Origin: Alphaproteobacteria bacterium
GTDB taxonomy: Bacteria > Pseudomonadota > Alphaproteobacteria > Bin95
NCBI GenBank assembly: GCA_964291285.2
Contig: OZ219785.1
Coordinates: 320,001 to 384,000, forward strand
Direction of reading: 5' to 3'
Length of the DNA: 64,000 nt
Positions 41,916 through 51,690 of the stretch are shown here, in pieces (within the stretch, counting starts at the first letter, position 1; every line of letters begins with the position of its first letter). A model generated the notes under the pieces. It searched no databases, had not been told where the DNA came from, and worked only from the letters and a program-made list of their open reading frames with translations. The translations under genes were made by a program, and so were the position numbers.

Positions 41916-43334
41916 ATGCGCCGCCCGACATTTCCCGCATGGCTTCTGGCGGCGCTGCTGCTGGCCGCCCAGCCGGCGCATGCCCATGAACCGCGCGCGA
42001 CCGTCCCGGGTTCCGCGGAACAGCTGCGGCTCTCCTTCGCTCCAGTGGTGCGCGCCGTCCGGCCTGCGGTGGTCAACATCTTCACGACCGGGCGCAGGGT
42101 CGAGCGCCGGTCGCCCTTTTCCGGCTTTCCCTTCCTCGACGACCCCTTCTTCCACCGCTTCTTCGATTTCGGCGACCGGCGGCGGCAGCGGGCGCAGAAT
42201 TCGCTCGGCTCCGGCGTGGTCGTCGGCGCGGACGGGCTGATCGTGACCAACCACCACGTCATCGAGAATGCCGGCGCAATCAAGGTCGTGCTCGCCGACC
42301 GGCGCGAGTTTCCGGCAAAGGTCGTGGCTTCCGACGAACGCAGCGACCTCGCCCTCCTCCGGGCCGGGCTCGACGGCGCAACGCTCCGGCCGGCGGTACT
42401 CGGAGACTCGGACGGCCTCGAAGTCGGCGACCTCGTGCTGGCGATCGGCAATCCCTTCGGCGTCGGCCAGACGGTGACCTCCGGCATCGTCTCGGCGCTG
42501 GCGCGCACCGGCCCCTCGGCGCGCGGCCCCGGCTATTTCATCCAGACGGACGCCGCCATCAATCCCGGCAATTCGGGCGGCGCCCTGGTCAATCTGGCCG
42601 GCGAGGTCATCGGCGTGAACACGGCGATCTTCTCCCGCAGCGGCGGCTCGCACGGCGTCGGCTTCGCCATCCCGTCCAACCTCGTGCGGGTCATGGTCGA
42701 GACCGCCCGGAGCGGCGGGCGCGTCGTCCGGCCCTGGCTCGGCATCGAGAGCCAGCCGGTGACGCCCGACCTCGCGGACACGCTCGGCCTTGCCCGGCCG
42801 GGCGGCCTTCTGGTCCGGGCCGTGCGCCCCGACGGGCCGTTCGCGCGCGCCGGCGGGGCGCGGGGCGACGTCATCCTGTCAATAGACGGGCACCCGGTAC
42901 TCGACAGGGCGGCGCTGCGCTTCCGCATGACCACGCTCGGGCCGGGCGGCGAGGCCGAGTTCGGGATCGTCCGGCGGGGCGAGGAGGCGGTGCTCTCCGT
43001 TCCGGTGGAGCTTCCGCCGGAAGTGCCACCGCGCGACCGCAGGCAATTGCGGGGGCCGCATCCGCTCGCCGGCGCCGAAATCGTCAACCTGTCGCCGGCG
43101 GTGATCGAGGAGTTCGCCTTCAGCGGGCCCGGCGCCGGCGTGATGATCGCGGAGGTGGCGCGCGGTTCGCCCGCCCGGCGGCACGGCTTCCGGCCGGGCG
43201 ACCTGCTCCGCAGCATCGACAGGCAGGAGCCGGAGAGCACGGCCGAGGCGGAGGCCATTTTGCGGGCTGGCGAGCGTCCGTGGCGCATTTCGATCTGGCG
43301 CGGCGGGCGTTCGCTGACGACAATCTTCCGATGA
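41916..43334 (+). CDS. Do/DegQ-family periplasmic serine protease
   Basis: Signal peptide, SLGSGV, TNHHV, IGNPFG, QTDAAINPGNSGG, two PDZ domains. Confidence 0.95.
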   Translation: MRRPTFPAWLLAALLLAAQPAHAHEPRATVPGSAEQLRLSFAPVVRAVRPAVVNIFTTGRRVERRSPFSGFPFLDDPFFHRFFDFGDRRRQRAQNSLGSGVVVGADGLIVTNHHVIENAGAIKVVLADRREFPAKVVASDERSDLALLRAGLDGATLRPAVLGDSDGLEVGDLVLAIGNPFGVGQTVTSGIVSALARTGPSARGPGYFIQTDAAINPGNSGGALVNLAGEVIGVNTAIFSRSGGSHGVGFAIPSNLVRVMVETARSGGRVVRPWLGIESQPVTPDLADTLGLARPGGLLVRAVRPDGPFARAGGARGDVILSIDGHPVLDRAALRFRMTTLGPGGEAEFGIVRRGEEAVLSVPVELPPEVPPRDRRQLRGPHPLAGAEIVNLSPAVIEEFAFSGPGAGVMIAEVARGSPARRHGFRPGDLLRSIDRQEPESTAEAEAILRAGERPWRISIWRGGRSLTTIFR

Positions 43335-44620
43335 CCGACTCGCTGTTCCAGGCCGCAGGGCTCGCGGACGAGGCGCCCCGCCCGCTCGCCGACCGGCTGC
43401 GTCCGGCGTCGCTGGGCGAGGTCGTCGGGCAGGACCATGTGCTCGGGCAGGACGGACCGGTGGGGCGGATGCTGGCCGCCGGCAGGCTCGCCTCGCTCGT
43501 CTTCTGGGGGCCGCCCGGCTGCGGCAAGACCACGATCGCGCGCCTGCTGGCGGGCGCCGCGAACCTGCACTTCACCGCGCTCTCGGCCGTCTTTTCGGGC
43601 GTGGCCGACCTGCGCAAGGTCTTCGCCGAGGCCGAGAGCCGGCGCGAGGCCGGCCGGGGCACCATGCTGTTCGTGGACGAGATCCACCGTTTCAACCGCG
43701 CCCAGCAGGACGGGTTCCTGCCCTGGGTCGAGAACGGCACGGTGGTGCTGGTCGGCGCGACCACGGAGAACCCGTCCTTCGAGCTGAACGCGGCGCTGCT
43801 CTCCCGCGTCCAGGTGCTGGTGCTGCGCCGGCTGGACGAGGACGGGCTGGAAACCCTGTTGCAGCGTGCGGAGGCGAGCCTGGGTGCGCCGCTGCCGCTG
43901 GATCGCGGCGCGCGCACGGCGCTCAAGGCGCTGGCGGACGGCGACGGGCGCTACCTGCTCAACCTCGCCGAGGAGGTCGCCGGCGGGCCGGTGCTCGATG
44001 CGGCCGGCCTTGCCCGCGTGGCCCAGCGCCGGGCGCCGGTTTACGACAAGGACCGCGAGGGCCACTACAATCTCATCAGCGCGCTGCACAAGTCGCTGCG
44101 CGGCTCGGACCCGGACGCCGCGCTCTACTGGCTCGCGCGGATGCTCGACGGCGGCGAGGACCCCCGCTACATCGCCCGCCGGCTGGTCCGTTTCGCTTCG
44201 GAGGATGTGGGGCTTGCGGACCCGGCGGCGCTGCCCGCCGCGCTTGCCGGCTGGGAAGCATATGAACGCCTCGGCAGCCCCGAGGGCGAGCTTACGCTGG
44301 CCCAGACGGTGCTGCATCTGGCGACGGCACCGAAGTCGAACGCCGCCTATGCCGCTTTCGGCGAGGCCATGCGCGCCGCGCGGGAGACCGGGTCGCTCAT
44401 GCCGCCGATGCACAGCCTGAACGCGCCCACCCGGCTGATGAAGGACCTGGGCTACGGCGAGGGCTATGCCTACGACCACAATGCCCCGGACGCCTTCGCC
44501 GGCGTCAACTACTTCCCGGACGGCATGGCGCGCCAGCAGTTCTATCGCCCCGAGGGCCGCGGCGCGGAGGCGGACATCGCGGAGCGTCTGGCCGCCTGGG
44601 CCCGGCGGCGGCAGGCGTGA
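43331..44620 (+). CDS. rarA: Replication-associated recombination protein A
   Basis: PLADRLRP, WGPPGCGKTT, DEIHRFN, ATTENPSF, ISALHKSLRGSD, APKSNA. Confidence 0.96.
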   Translation: MTDSLFQAAGLADEAPRPLADRLRPASLGEVVGQDHVLGQDGPVGRMLAAGRLASLVFWGPPGCGKTTIARLLAGAANLHFTALSAVFSGVADLRKVFAEAESRREAGRGTMLFVDEIHRFNRAQQDGFLPWVENGTVVLVGATTENPSFELNAALLSRVQVLVLRRLDEDGLETLLQRAEASLGAPLPLDRGARTALKALADGDGRYLLNLAEEVAGGPVLDAAGLARVAQRRAPVYDKDREGHYNLISALHKSLRGSDPDAALYWLARMLDGGEDPRYIARRLVRFASEDVGLADPAALPAALAGWEAYERLGSPEGELTLAQTVLHLATAPKSNAAYAAFGEAMRAARETGSLMPPMHSLNAPTRLMKDLGYGEGYAYDHNAPDAFAGVNYFPDGMARQQFYRPEGRGAEADIAERLAAWARRRQA

Positions 44621-44994
44621 GCCTCTGGCTGGCGGTCGCCGCCGGCGGGGCGCTGGGGGCGCTCGCGCGCTGGCTCATGGTGGTGCAGGTGACGCGGCTG
44701 CTCGGCGCCGGCTTCCCGGCAGGCACGATGGTCGTCAACGTGCTGGGCTCGCTGGCGATGGGGCTGGTTGCCGCCCTGCTGGCGCAGGGGCTCTCGCTCT
44801 CGGCCGAACTCCGGACCTTCCTCACCGTCGGCTTCCTCGGCGGCTTCACCACCTTCTCCGCCTATTCGCTGGATGCCGTAGGGCTGGCGGAGCGGGGCGA
44901 ATGGGCGGGGGCCGCGTTCTACACCGCGGGCTCGGTCGCGCTCGGCGTACTGGCATTCCTCGCCGGCGCCCGCCTCGCGCGCGTCCTGCTGTGA
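44617..44994 (+). CDS. crcB: Fluoride efflux channel
   Basis: GGALGALAR, FPAGTMVVNVLGS, GFLGGFTTFSAYS. Confidence 0.95.
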   Translation: MSLWLAVAAGGALGALARWLMVVQVTRLLGAGFPAGTMVVNVLGSLAMGLVAALLAQGLSLSAELRTFLTVGFLGGFTTFSAYSLDAVGLAERGEWAGAAFYTAGSVALGVLAFLAGARLARVLL

Positions 44995-45953
44995 CAGGCG
45001 TCCGGCTGGAAGAGGTTGCCGCGGACGAAGCCGGCCTGCGGCTGGACCGCTGGGTCGCGCGCCGGCGGCCGGACCTGCCGCAGGGCCGGTTGCAGAAGCT
45101 CCTGCGTACGGGGCAGGTGCGCGTGGACGGGCGGCGCGCCCGCGCCGGCGACCGGCTGGAGGCGGGCGCCGTGGTGCGCCTGCCGCCGTTCGGCCCGCCG
45201 CCGGAGCCCCGGCCGGCGCCGCTGCCCGGCAGGCTGGTGGAGGAAGTGCGCGGCTGGGTGCTGCATCTCGATGAGGCGGTGATCGCGCTCGACAAGCCCG
45301 CCGGCCTCGCCGTTCAGGGCGGCAAGGGCACGGTGCGCCATCTGGATGGCATGCTGGAGGCGCTGCGCTTCGATGCGCCCGAACGCCCGCGTCTCGTCCA
45401 CCGGCTCGACAAGGACACGAGCGGCGTGCTGCTGCTGGCGCGGAGCGCAGCCGATGCGGCGCGGCTGACGGCGGCCTTCCGGGCACGGGAGGCCGAGAAG
45501 CTCTACTGGGCGGTGACCGCCGGCGCGCCGGAGCCGCCTGCCGGGCGCATCGCGCTGCCGCTGGCGAAGCGCGGACGGCCGGGCGGCGAGCGGGTTTCCG
45601 TCGATGATGACGGCAAGCGCGCCGTCACCGACTACGAGACCCTCGCCCGCGCGGGCAAGCGCGCCGCCCGTCTGGCGCTCCGCCCGCAGACCGGGCGCAC
45701 GCACCAGCTCCGCGCGCATCTGGCCGCAATCGGCTGCCCGATCCTGGGCGACGGCAAATATGGCGGCAGAGCGGCCTTCCTGGAGGGCATCGGCCTTGAG
45801 CCGCGCCTGCACCTGCACGCCCGCGCCATCGCGCTGGACCATCCTCGCGGCCGGGGCCGGCTGGAAGTCGAGGCCCCGGCCCCGCGCCTGCTGCGAACCG
45901 CCTTCCGCCTGCTGGGTCTGGAGGTTCAGGGAGATGCCAGCTCCCCGCGGTAA
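44991..45953 (+). CDS. RluA/RluC-family pseudouridine synthase
   Basis: S4 domain RLDRW, DKPAGLAVQGG, HRLDKDTSG, TGRTHQLR, PILGDGKY, LHLHA. Confidence 0.93.
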   Translation: MTGVRLEEVAADEAGLRLDRWVARRRPDLPQGRLQKLLRTGQVRVDGRRARAGDRLEAGAVVRLPPFGPPPEPRPAPLPGRLVEEVRGWVLHLDEAVIALDKPAGLAVQGGKGTVRHLDGMLEALRFDAPERPRLVHRLDKDTSGVLLLARSAADAARLTAAFRAREAEKLYWAVTAGAPEPPAGRIALPLAKRGRPGGERVSVDDDGKRAVTDYETLARAGKRAARLALRPQTGRTHQLRAHLAAIGCPILGDGKYGGRAAFLEGIGLEPRLHLHARAIALDHPRGRGRLEVEAPAPRLLRTAFRLLGLEVQGDASSPR

Positions 45954-47325
45954 AGCGCCTCGGTCGCTTCGTCGAAGCAGGTGAAGACGATGCGCGAGAA
46001 GCCCGCGCCGTGGGCGCGCGCGGCGGTAACCGCGATGCCGGCCGCGCGGTCCGGCGGGAAGCCGTAAACGCCGGTTGAGATGGCGGGGAAGGCGATGGAG
46101 CCCAGGCCGTGCTCCCGCGCGAGCGCGAAGCTGTTGCGGTAGCCCGACTTCCGCAACTCGGCTTGAGAATCGACTGATTTGACGGTTTTCCGGCGCGAGA
46201 AGTGTCGGATTTCGGTGCAGTACCTCTCGGGACCGGCTTGTAGTGCCGACCTACCCCCTTGATCGGGCTGGCGAAGATCCGGACGCTGCGCTGATGTTCG
46301 TGCGCTGCAAGAGACGCTTCAAGGACGGCAAGGAGCACCGCTACTGGAGCGTTGTGGAGAACGTCCGGGTCCACGGCGGTCGGGTTGTTCAGCGTCAGGT
46401 GCTCTATCTCGGGGAGATCAACGACAGCCAGCGAGCGGCGTGGTGCCGCTCGATCGAGGTGGTGGAGGGCAAGTCGCGATCACGGCAGATGGCGCTGTTT
46501 CCCGAGGACCGGGAGGCGCCGGCGCTGACTTGCGAAGTGGTGAAGATCGACCTCTCGCAGGTGGCGCTTCACGACCCGCGCCAGTGGGGGGCGTGCTGGC
46601 TGGCGCTGTCCTTGTGGGACCGCCTGGACCTGGACCGCTTCTGGGAAGAGCGGCTGCCGGCGAGCCGGCAAGGCACGCGGTGGCTGGACATCCTGAAGAT
46701 CCAGGTCTGCTACCGGCTGATCGACCCGGGCAGCGAGTGGCGCCTTCACCGTCACTGGTATGAGCACAGCGCGCTTCGCGATCTTCTGGGTGGCGAGCGG
46801 GCGATCGCCGACGACACACTCTATCGCTGTCTCGACAAGCTGCTGGCGCACAAGCAGGGCTTCTTCTCGTTTCTGCGCGACCGCTGGGCGACGCTGTTCG
46901 AGGCGCGCTTCGACGTGCTGCTCTACGACCTGACCTCGACCTACTTCGAGAGCGATCCGCCGTTCGATGACAAGCGCCGCTTCGGCTACAGCCGGGACAA
47001 GCGGCCCGACTGCGTGCAGGTGGTGATCGCCCTGATCGTTACGCCGCAGGGCTTTCCGCTGGCCTATGAGGTGATGCCGGGCAACACCTCCGACGACACC
47101 ACGCTGGCGGCGTTCCTCAAGAAGATCGAGGATCAGTATGGCCGCTCCGAGCGGGTGTGGATCATGGACCGCGGCATCCCCACCGAGGAGACGCTGGCCG
47201 CGATGCGCGAGGGCGAGGCGCCGGTGCGCTACCTGGTGGGCACGCCCAAGGGCCGGCTGACGCGGCTCGAGAAGGTGTTCCTGGGCCTGCCCTGGCAGGA
47301 GGTGCGCCAGTCCGTGACTGTCAAG

Positions 47326-49232
47326 CCCAACTTGAACAGTCGGTGTCGATTTTTGCCGGGCGCGGTTTCGCCAAGTTGTTGAAATGATTGGATAGTGAGG
47401 TGATGATTGGCGCGGGTTGAGAAAAATGTAGTGAAACATTTTTGCTGATTTGGCCTTGTTTTCTTGATTGGTCGATATCGAAGACATACAACGCGGTCAT
47501 GTTCGTGCGCGAAACGACCGCCCGGGGCCACCGCTATCTCTACCTCGTGGAGAGCGTGCGCGAGGGCAAGCGGGTGCGCCAGCGCACGATCCGCGCGCTC
47601 GGCCGCAAGGACGTGTTGCAGGCGAGCGGGGAGCTGGACCGTCTGATCGCGTCCCTGGCGCGCCATTCGGAGCGGTCCGTGGTGCTGGAGGACATGGAGG
47701 CGGGCGCGCTGGCCTGCGTGCGGGTCGGCGGTCCGCTGCTGTTCGGTCGGCTGTGGGATCGGCTGGGCGTGGGCGCTGTCGTGAAGGAGCTTCTGGACGG
47801 TCGCGGCTTCGGGTTCGCCGTCGAGCGGGCGGTGTTTGTGAGCGTTCTGCACCGTCTGTTCGTGTCGGGTTCGGACCGGTCCTGCGAGAAGTGGATGGCC
47901 GACTACGCGATCGAGGGGATCGAGGGGTTGCGGCTTCATCAGCTGTATCGGGCGATGGCCTGGCTCGGGGAGGAGCTGGAGGCGCCGGCGGAAGGCGCGC
48001 TTGCGCCGCGCTGCGTGAAGGACGGGATCGAGGAGCGTCTGTTCGAGCACAGGCGGGACCTGTTCACCGACCTGTCTGTGGTGTTCATGGACACCACGAC
48101 GCTGTCGTTCCACGGCGCGGGCGGCGAGACGCTGGGCGCGCACGGCTACTCGAAGGACCATCGCCCGGACTTGCGCCAGATGGTTCTGGCGGTGGTGCTG
48201 GACGGCGAGGGCCGGCCTGTGTGCACGGAGATGCTGCCGGGCAACACGGCCGACACCAGGGTGCTGCTGCCGATCGTGGACCGTCTTCGGTCACGCTTCG
48301 GGATCGGTCGTGTGTGCGTGGTGGCGGACCGGGGGATGATCTCGGCGGCGACGATAGCGGCGCTGGAAGAGCGGGGGCTGGACTACATCCTGGGCGCGCG
48401 CGAGCGGCGCACGAAGGTGGTCCGCGAGGTGGTGCTGAAGGACACGAAGCCCTTTGTGCCGCTGCTCCTCAAGCGTCCGCGCGGCGAGACGCAGCTGTTC
48501 GTGAAGGAAGTCACGGTGGGCGGCGCGCGCTACATCGTGTGCCGCAACGAGGCGGAGGCACAGAAGGACCGCGCCGACCGGCAGGCCGTGGTGGACGGCC
48601 TCCAGCGCCGCCTTGCGGACGGCGAGAAAGCGCTGATCGGCAACAGCGCCTACCGGCGTTATCTGCGCCGCACGGGCGCGGGCAAGGCGTTCGAGATCGA
48701 CGCCGGCAAGCTCGCCGAGGAGGCCGGCTTCGACGGCATCTTCGTGCTGCGCACCAACGCCGGCATGACGCCGCTCAATGCCGTGCTCCGCTACCGGGAG
48801 CTGCTCACGGTGGAAGACCTGTTCCGCCGGGCGAAGGCCCAGTTGCGCACCCGCCCGATCTACCACTCCTGCGACGCCGCGATCCGCGGCCACGTCTTCT
48901 GCTCCTTCCTCGCGCTCGTCCTCCAGAAGGAACTGGCCGACCGCTGCGCCGCCGCCAACGTCAACGTCGAATGGGACGACCTGATCCGCGATCTCGACCG
49001 CCTGCAAGAGGCCACCATCGAGAAGGACGGCAAGCGCATCACCACCCGCACCCATGTCGAGGGCCAGGTCGGAAAGGTCTTCCAGGCCGTCGGCATCGCG
49101 CTGCCGCCGAACTGGCGCGAACACAAAGCCTGACCGTCCCCAAAATCAACGAAATGTAGTGGGTACACCCGGCGATGCCGGTGTAACTCCCTGTTCTATC
49201 GAATACTTTTAATCGTCACTGTTGAAGTTGGG
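47326..49232 (+). mobile_element. IS1634-family element (inner, apparently intact)
   Basis: IRs CCCAACTTGAACAGT and ACTGTTGAAGTTGGG (14/15); target duplication TCAAG (47321-47325 and 49233-49237). Confidence 0.93.
47499..49133 (+). CDS. IS1634-family transposase
   Basis: MFVRE..YLYLVESVR, FMDTTT, GYSKDHRPD, PGNTAD, VADRG, FDGIFVLRTN, RPIYH..IRGHVF. Confidence 0.95.
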   Translation: MFVRETTARGHRYLYLVESVREGKRVRQRTIRALGRKDVLQASGELDRLIASLARHSERSVVLEDMEAGALACVRVGGPLLFGRLWDRLGVGAVVKELLDGRGFGFAVERAVFVSVLHRLFVSGSDRSCEKWMADYAIEGIEGLRLHQLYRAMAWLGEELEAPAEGALAPRCVKDGIEERLFEHRRDLFTDLSVVFMDTTTLSFHGAGGETLGAHGYSKDHRPDLRQMVLAVVLDGEGRPVCTEMLPGNTADTRVLLPIVDRLRSRFGIGRVCVVADRGMISAATIAALEERGLDYILGARERRTKVVREVVLKDTKPFVPLLLKRPRGETQLFVKEVTVGGARYIVCRNEAEAQKDRADRQAVVDGLQRRLADGEKALIGNSAYRRYLRRTGAGKAFEIDAGKLAEEAGFDGIFVLRTNAGMTPLNAVLRYRELLTVEDLFRRAKAQLRTRPIYHSCDAAIRGHVFCSFLALVLQKELADRCAAANVNVEWDDLIRDLDRLQEATIEKDGKRITTRTHVEGQVGKVFQAVGIALPPNWREHKA

Positions 49233-50343
49233 TCAAGCTTCTGGTCGAGGATGGCGAGCTCTACGTCCTGGTGCGCAGCGAGGGGCGGCAGGTGAAGGAA
49301 CGCGGCATGCGCCGGCGCCGGCTGAAGAGGCTGTGGCGTCGATTGGCCGAGTTGCAAGGGCAGTCGAACAGCCGGGATCAGTTGTTGCTCAAGCTCGGCG
49401 CCGCCAGGAAGGAGGCCGGCCGGGCCTGGAGCCTGGTCGACATCACCGTGCCCGGGACCGACAGCGAACTCGCCGCCAACGGCTTCTCATTCCGCCTGCA
49501 GCGCGACCGGCTGCGCCAGGTCCGCCGCCGCGAGGGCCGTTACCTGCTGCGATCCAACATGGTCGCCGAAGACCCCGCCACGCTGTGGCATCTGTACATG
49601 CAGCTCGTCGAGATCGAGCAGGCGTTCAAGGAACTCAAGCACGACCTCGCGATCCGCCCCATCTTCCATCAGCGCCAAGAGCGCATCGAGGCGCATATCT
49701 TCGTCTCGTTCATCGCCTACTGCCTGCTGGTGACCCTGAAGAACCTCGCCCGGCCGCGCGCCCCGGGCCTCACCCCACGCGCCATCCTTGAGGCCTTCGC
49801 CACCATCCAGATGGTGGACGTCCATCTGCCAACCACCGACGGCCGGCACCTCGTCCTGCCGCGCCACACCCGGCCGAACAAGGAGCACGAGCTACTGCTG
49901 CAACAGCTCGGCATGACCTGGCCGCAGCAACCCGCACCCCGGATCTCCGCCTGACGGCACACGGCGCCGCCTCTCCGTTCGCCGCCTTGTAGTGCCGACC
50001 CTCGGGGAGACGATCAAGGCTATTCAATGAGTTAGCATCCTCATGACCCCCGAGTTGCGGAAGTCGGGGTAGCAGGCGGCAAGCAGCGCATCCTCATCTC
50101 CCGCGCCGCGCCAGACCGGCCCGACGGTGTGGATGACATGGCGCGCCGGCAGCCGGTAGCCGGCGGTGATGCGGGCCTCGCCGGTCGGGCAGCCGCCGAG
50201 CGTGCGGCATTCGGCCAGCAGCTCGGGACCGGCCGCGCGGTGGATGGCCCCGTCCACGCCGCCGCCGCCGAGCAGCGCCTCGTTGGCGGCATTGACGATG
50301 GCGTCCACCTCGAGTGTCGTGATGTCGCCCCGGAACAGTTCGA

Positions 50344-51690
50344 TCATGGCCGGGCCTCCCCTTGTTGCTGCCTTCTCCAGAGCGGGCGCAGCAGCAGCAG
50401 GCCCGGCAGGCAGGCGAGCGCCGTCAGCGCGAAAAAGGCGTTCCAGTCCCCGTCCAGGCTGTCCACGATCCAGCCCGAGGGCGCCGACAGCGCGATCCGG
50501 GCCGATGCCATGAGCGAGGAGAGCAGCGCGAACTGCATCATCGTGTAGGAGATGTTGCAGAGGCTCATGAGATAGGCAAGGAAGGCCGTGGTGCCGAGAC
50601 CGGCGGTGAAGCCTTCCAGCGCGGCCACGCCGGCGAGCCACACGATGTCGCTGCCGGCCTCGTTGAGCGGGATGAAGGCGAGGTTCGAAAGCGCCTGCAG
50701 GATGCCCGCCGCAAGCAGGCCCGGCAGCAGGCCCGCCGCATGGACCAGCATGCCGCCGGCGAAGATGCCCGCGAGCGAAGCGATGAAGCCGCCGGTCTTG
50801 ACCGCCCCCGCGATCTCCGGCTTCGAGAAGCCGAGCTCGACATAGAACGGGATCGCCATGGCGCCGAGCGCGGCGTCGCCGAGTTTGTAGAGCAGGATGA
50901 AGGCCAGCACGGCGCCCCATCCGGGCCGGGCGGCGAACTCAGCGAGCGGGGCGATGACACCGCTTGCGAAGCGCGCGGCAACGGCCCCGCCCCAGGCCGC
51001 TGCCCTGCCGGCGAGCCGGCGCGCTCGCGCGTCGGCCTCCGGGTCCGAGGCGCGGGCCGGCTCGGGCGCAAGCAGCGTGACCGTGACGCCGACGAGGAGC
51101 AGCGCGGCCATGACGGCGTGCGCGCCCGCCCAGCCTAGCGCCTCCGCAAGCAGGAGGCCGCCGGCCGCCGAGACATACATGCCGATGCGGAACCCCTGGA
51201 CGAAGAAGGCCGCGCCGGGGCCGTACTGGCCCTCGTCCAGTATCTCGATGCGGTAGGCGTCGATGACGACGTCCTGGCTCGCCGACGCGAACGCCACCAG
51301 GCAGCCGAGCAGGGCGACCGCCGCGAGGTCGGCGGCCGGATCGGCAAGCCCGAGGCCCACGATCGCCGCCATACAGGTGAAATGGGTCGCCAGCATCCAG
51401 CCCCGGCGCCGGCCGAAGCGGCGCGTCAGCCAAGGCAGCCGGAGGCGGTCGATAACCGGCGCCCACAGGAATTTCAGCCCGTAGATCGCCGTGACGAGCG
51501 AGAACAGGCCGATGCTGGTCAGGTCCACGCCCGACTCGTAGAGCCGCGCGCTCATCACATCGACGGTCAGCATCAGCGGCAGCCCGCTGGAGAAGCCGAG
51601 CGCCAGCATCATGGCGACGCGCCGGCTCCGGAACGCCGCCGCCGCCCGGCGCAGCCGGCCGCGCTGCGATTCGGGTACCGCCGCCGTCAC
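50344..51690 (-). CDS. ampG: AmpG-family muropeptide MFS transporter
   Basis: [55 protein letters not shown] start overlaps the upstream stop. Confidence 0.92.
   Translation of the reverse strand: MTAAVPESQRGRLRRAAAAFRSRRVAMMLALGFSSGLPLMLTVDVMSARLYESGVDLTSIGLFSLVTAIYGLKFLWAPVIDRLRLPWLTRRFGRRRGWMLATHFTCMAAIVGLGLADPAADLAAVALLGCLVAFASASQDVVIDAYRIEILDEGQYGPGAAFFVQGFRIGMYVSAAGGLLLAEALGWAGAHAVMAALLLVGVTVTLLAPEPARASDPEADARARRLAGRAAAWGGAVAARFASGVIAPLAEFAARPGWGAVLAFILLYKLGDAALGAMAIPFYVELGFSKPEIAGAVKTGGFIASLAGIFAGGMLVHAAGLLPGLLAAGILQALSNLAFIPLNEAGSDIVWLAGVAALEGFTAGLGTTAFLAYLMSLCNISYTMMQFALLSSLMASARIALSAPSGWIVDSLDGDWNAFFALTALACLPGLLLLRPLWRRQQQGEARP

Larger units (their letters stand above)
46294..49954 (+). 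pseudogene. IS1634 transposase split by nested IS (46294-47325 plus 49238-49954)
   Basis: MFVRCKRRFKDGKEHRYWSVVE..LYDLTSTYFE..GYSRDKRPD..PGNTSD..IMDRG..VTVK | LLVEDGELYVL..EGRYLLRSN..IEQAFKELK..IRPIFHQ..RIEAHIF. The halves join in frame to 582 aa. Confidence 0.92.
46144..50067 (+). mobile_element. IS1634-family element (outer), itself interrupted
   Basis: Perfect 18-bp IRs CCGACTTCCGCAACTCGG (46144-46161 and 50050-50067). Flanking direct repeat GGTAGC (46138-46143 and 50068-50073), or GTAG if the ends are taken one base further out. Confidence 0.93.
45926..50347 (-). pseudogene. O-acetyl-ADP-ribose deacetylase (YmdB-like macrodomain) split by IS insertion
   Basis: 5' part 50347-50068: [40 protein letters not shown]. 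3' part 46143-45926: YRNSF..SIAFPAISTGVYGFP. Removing the IS and one target copy restores LAACYRNS in frame. Confidence 0.93.
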
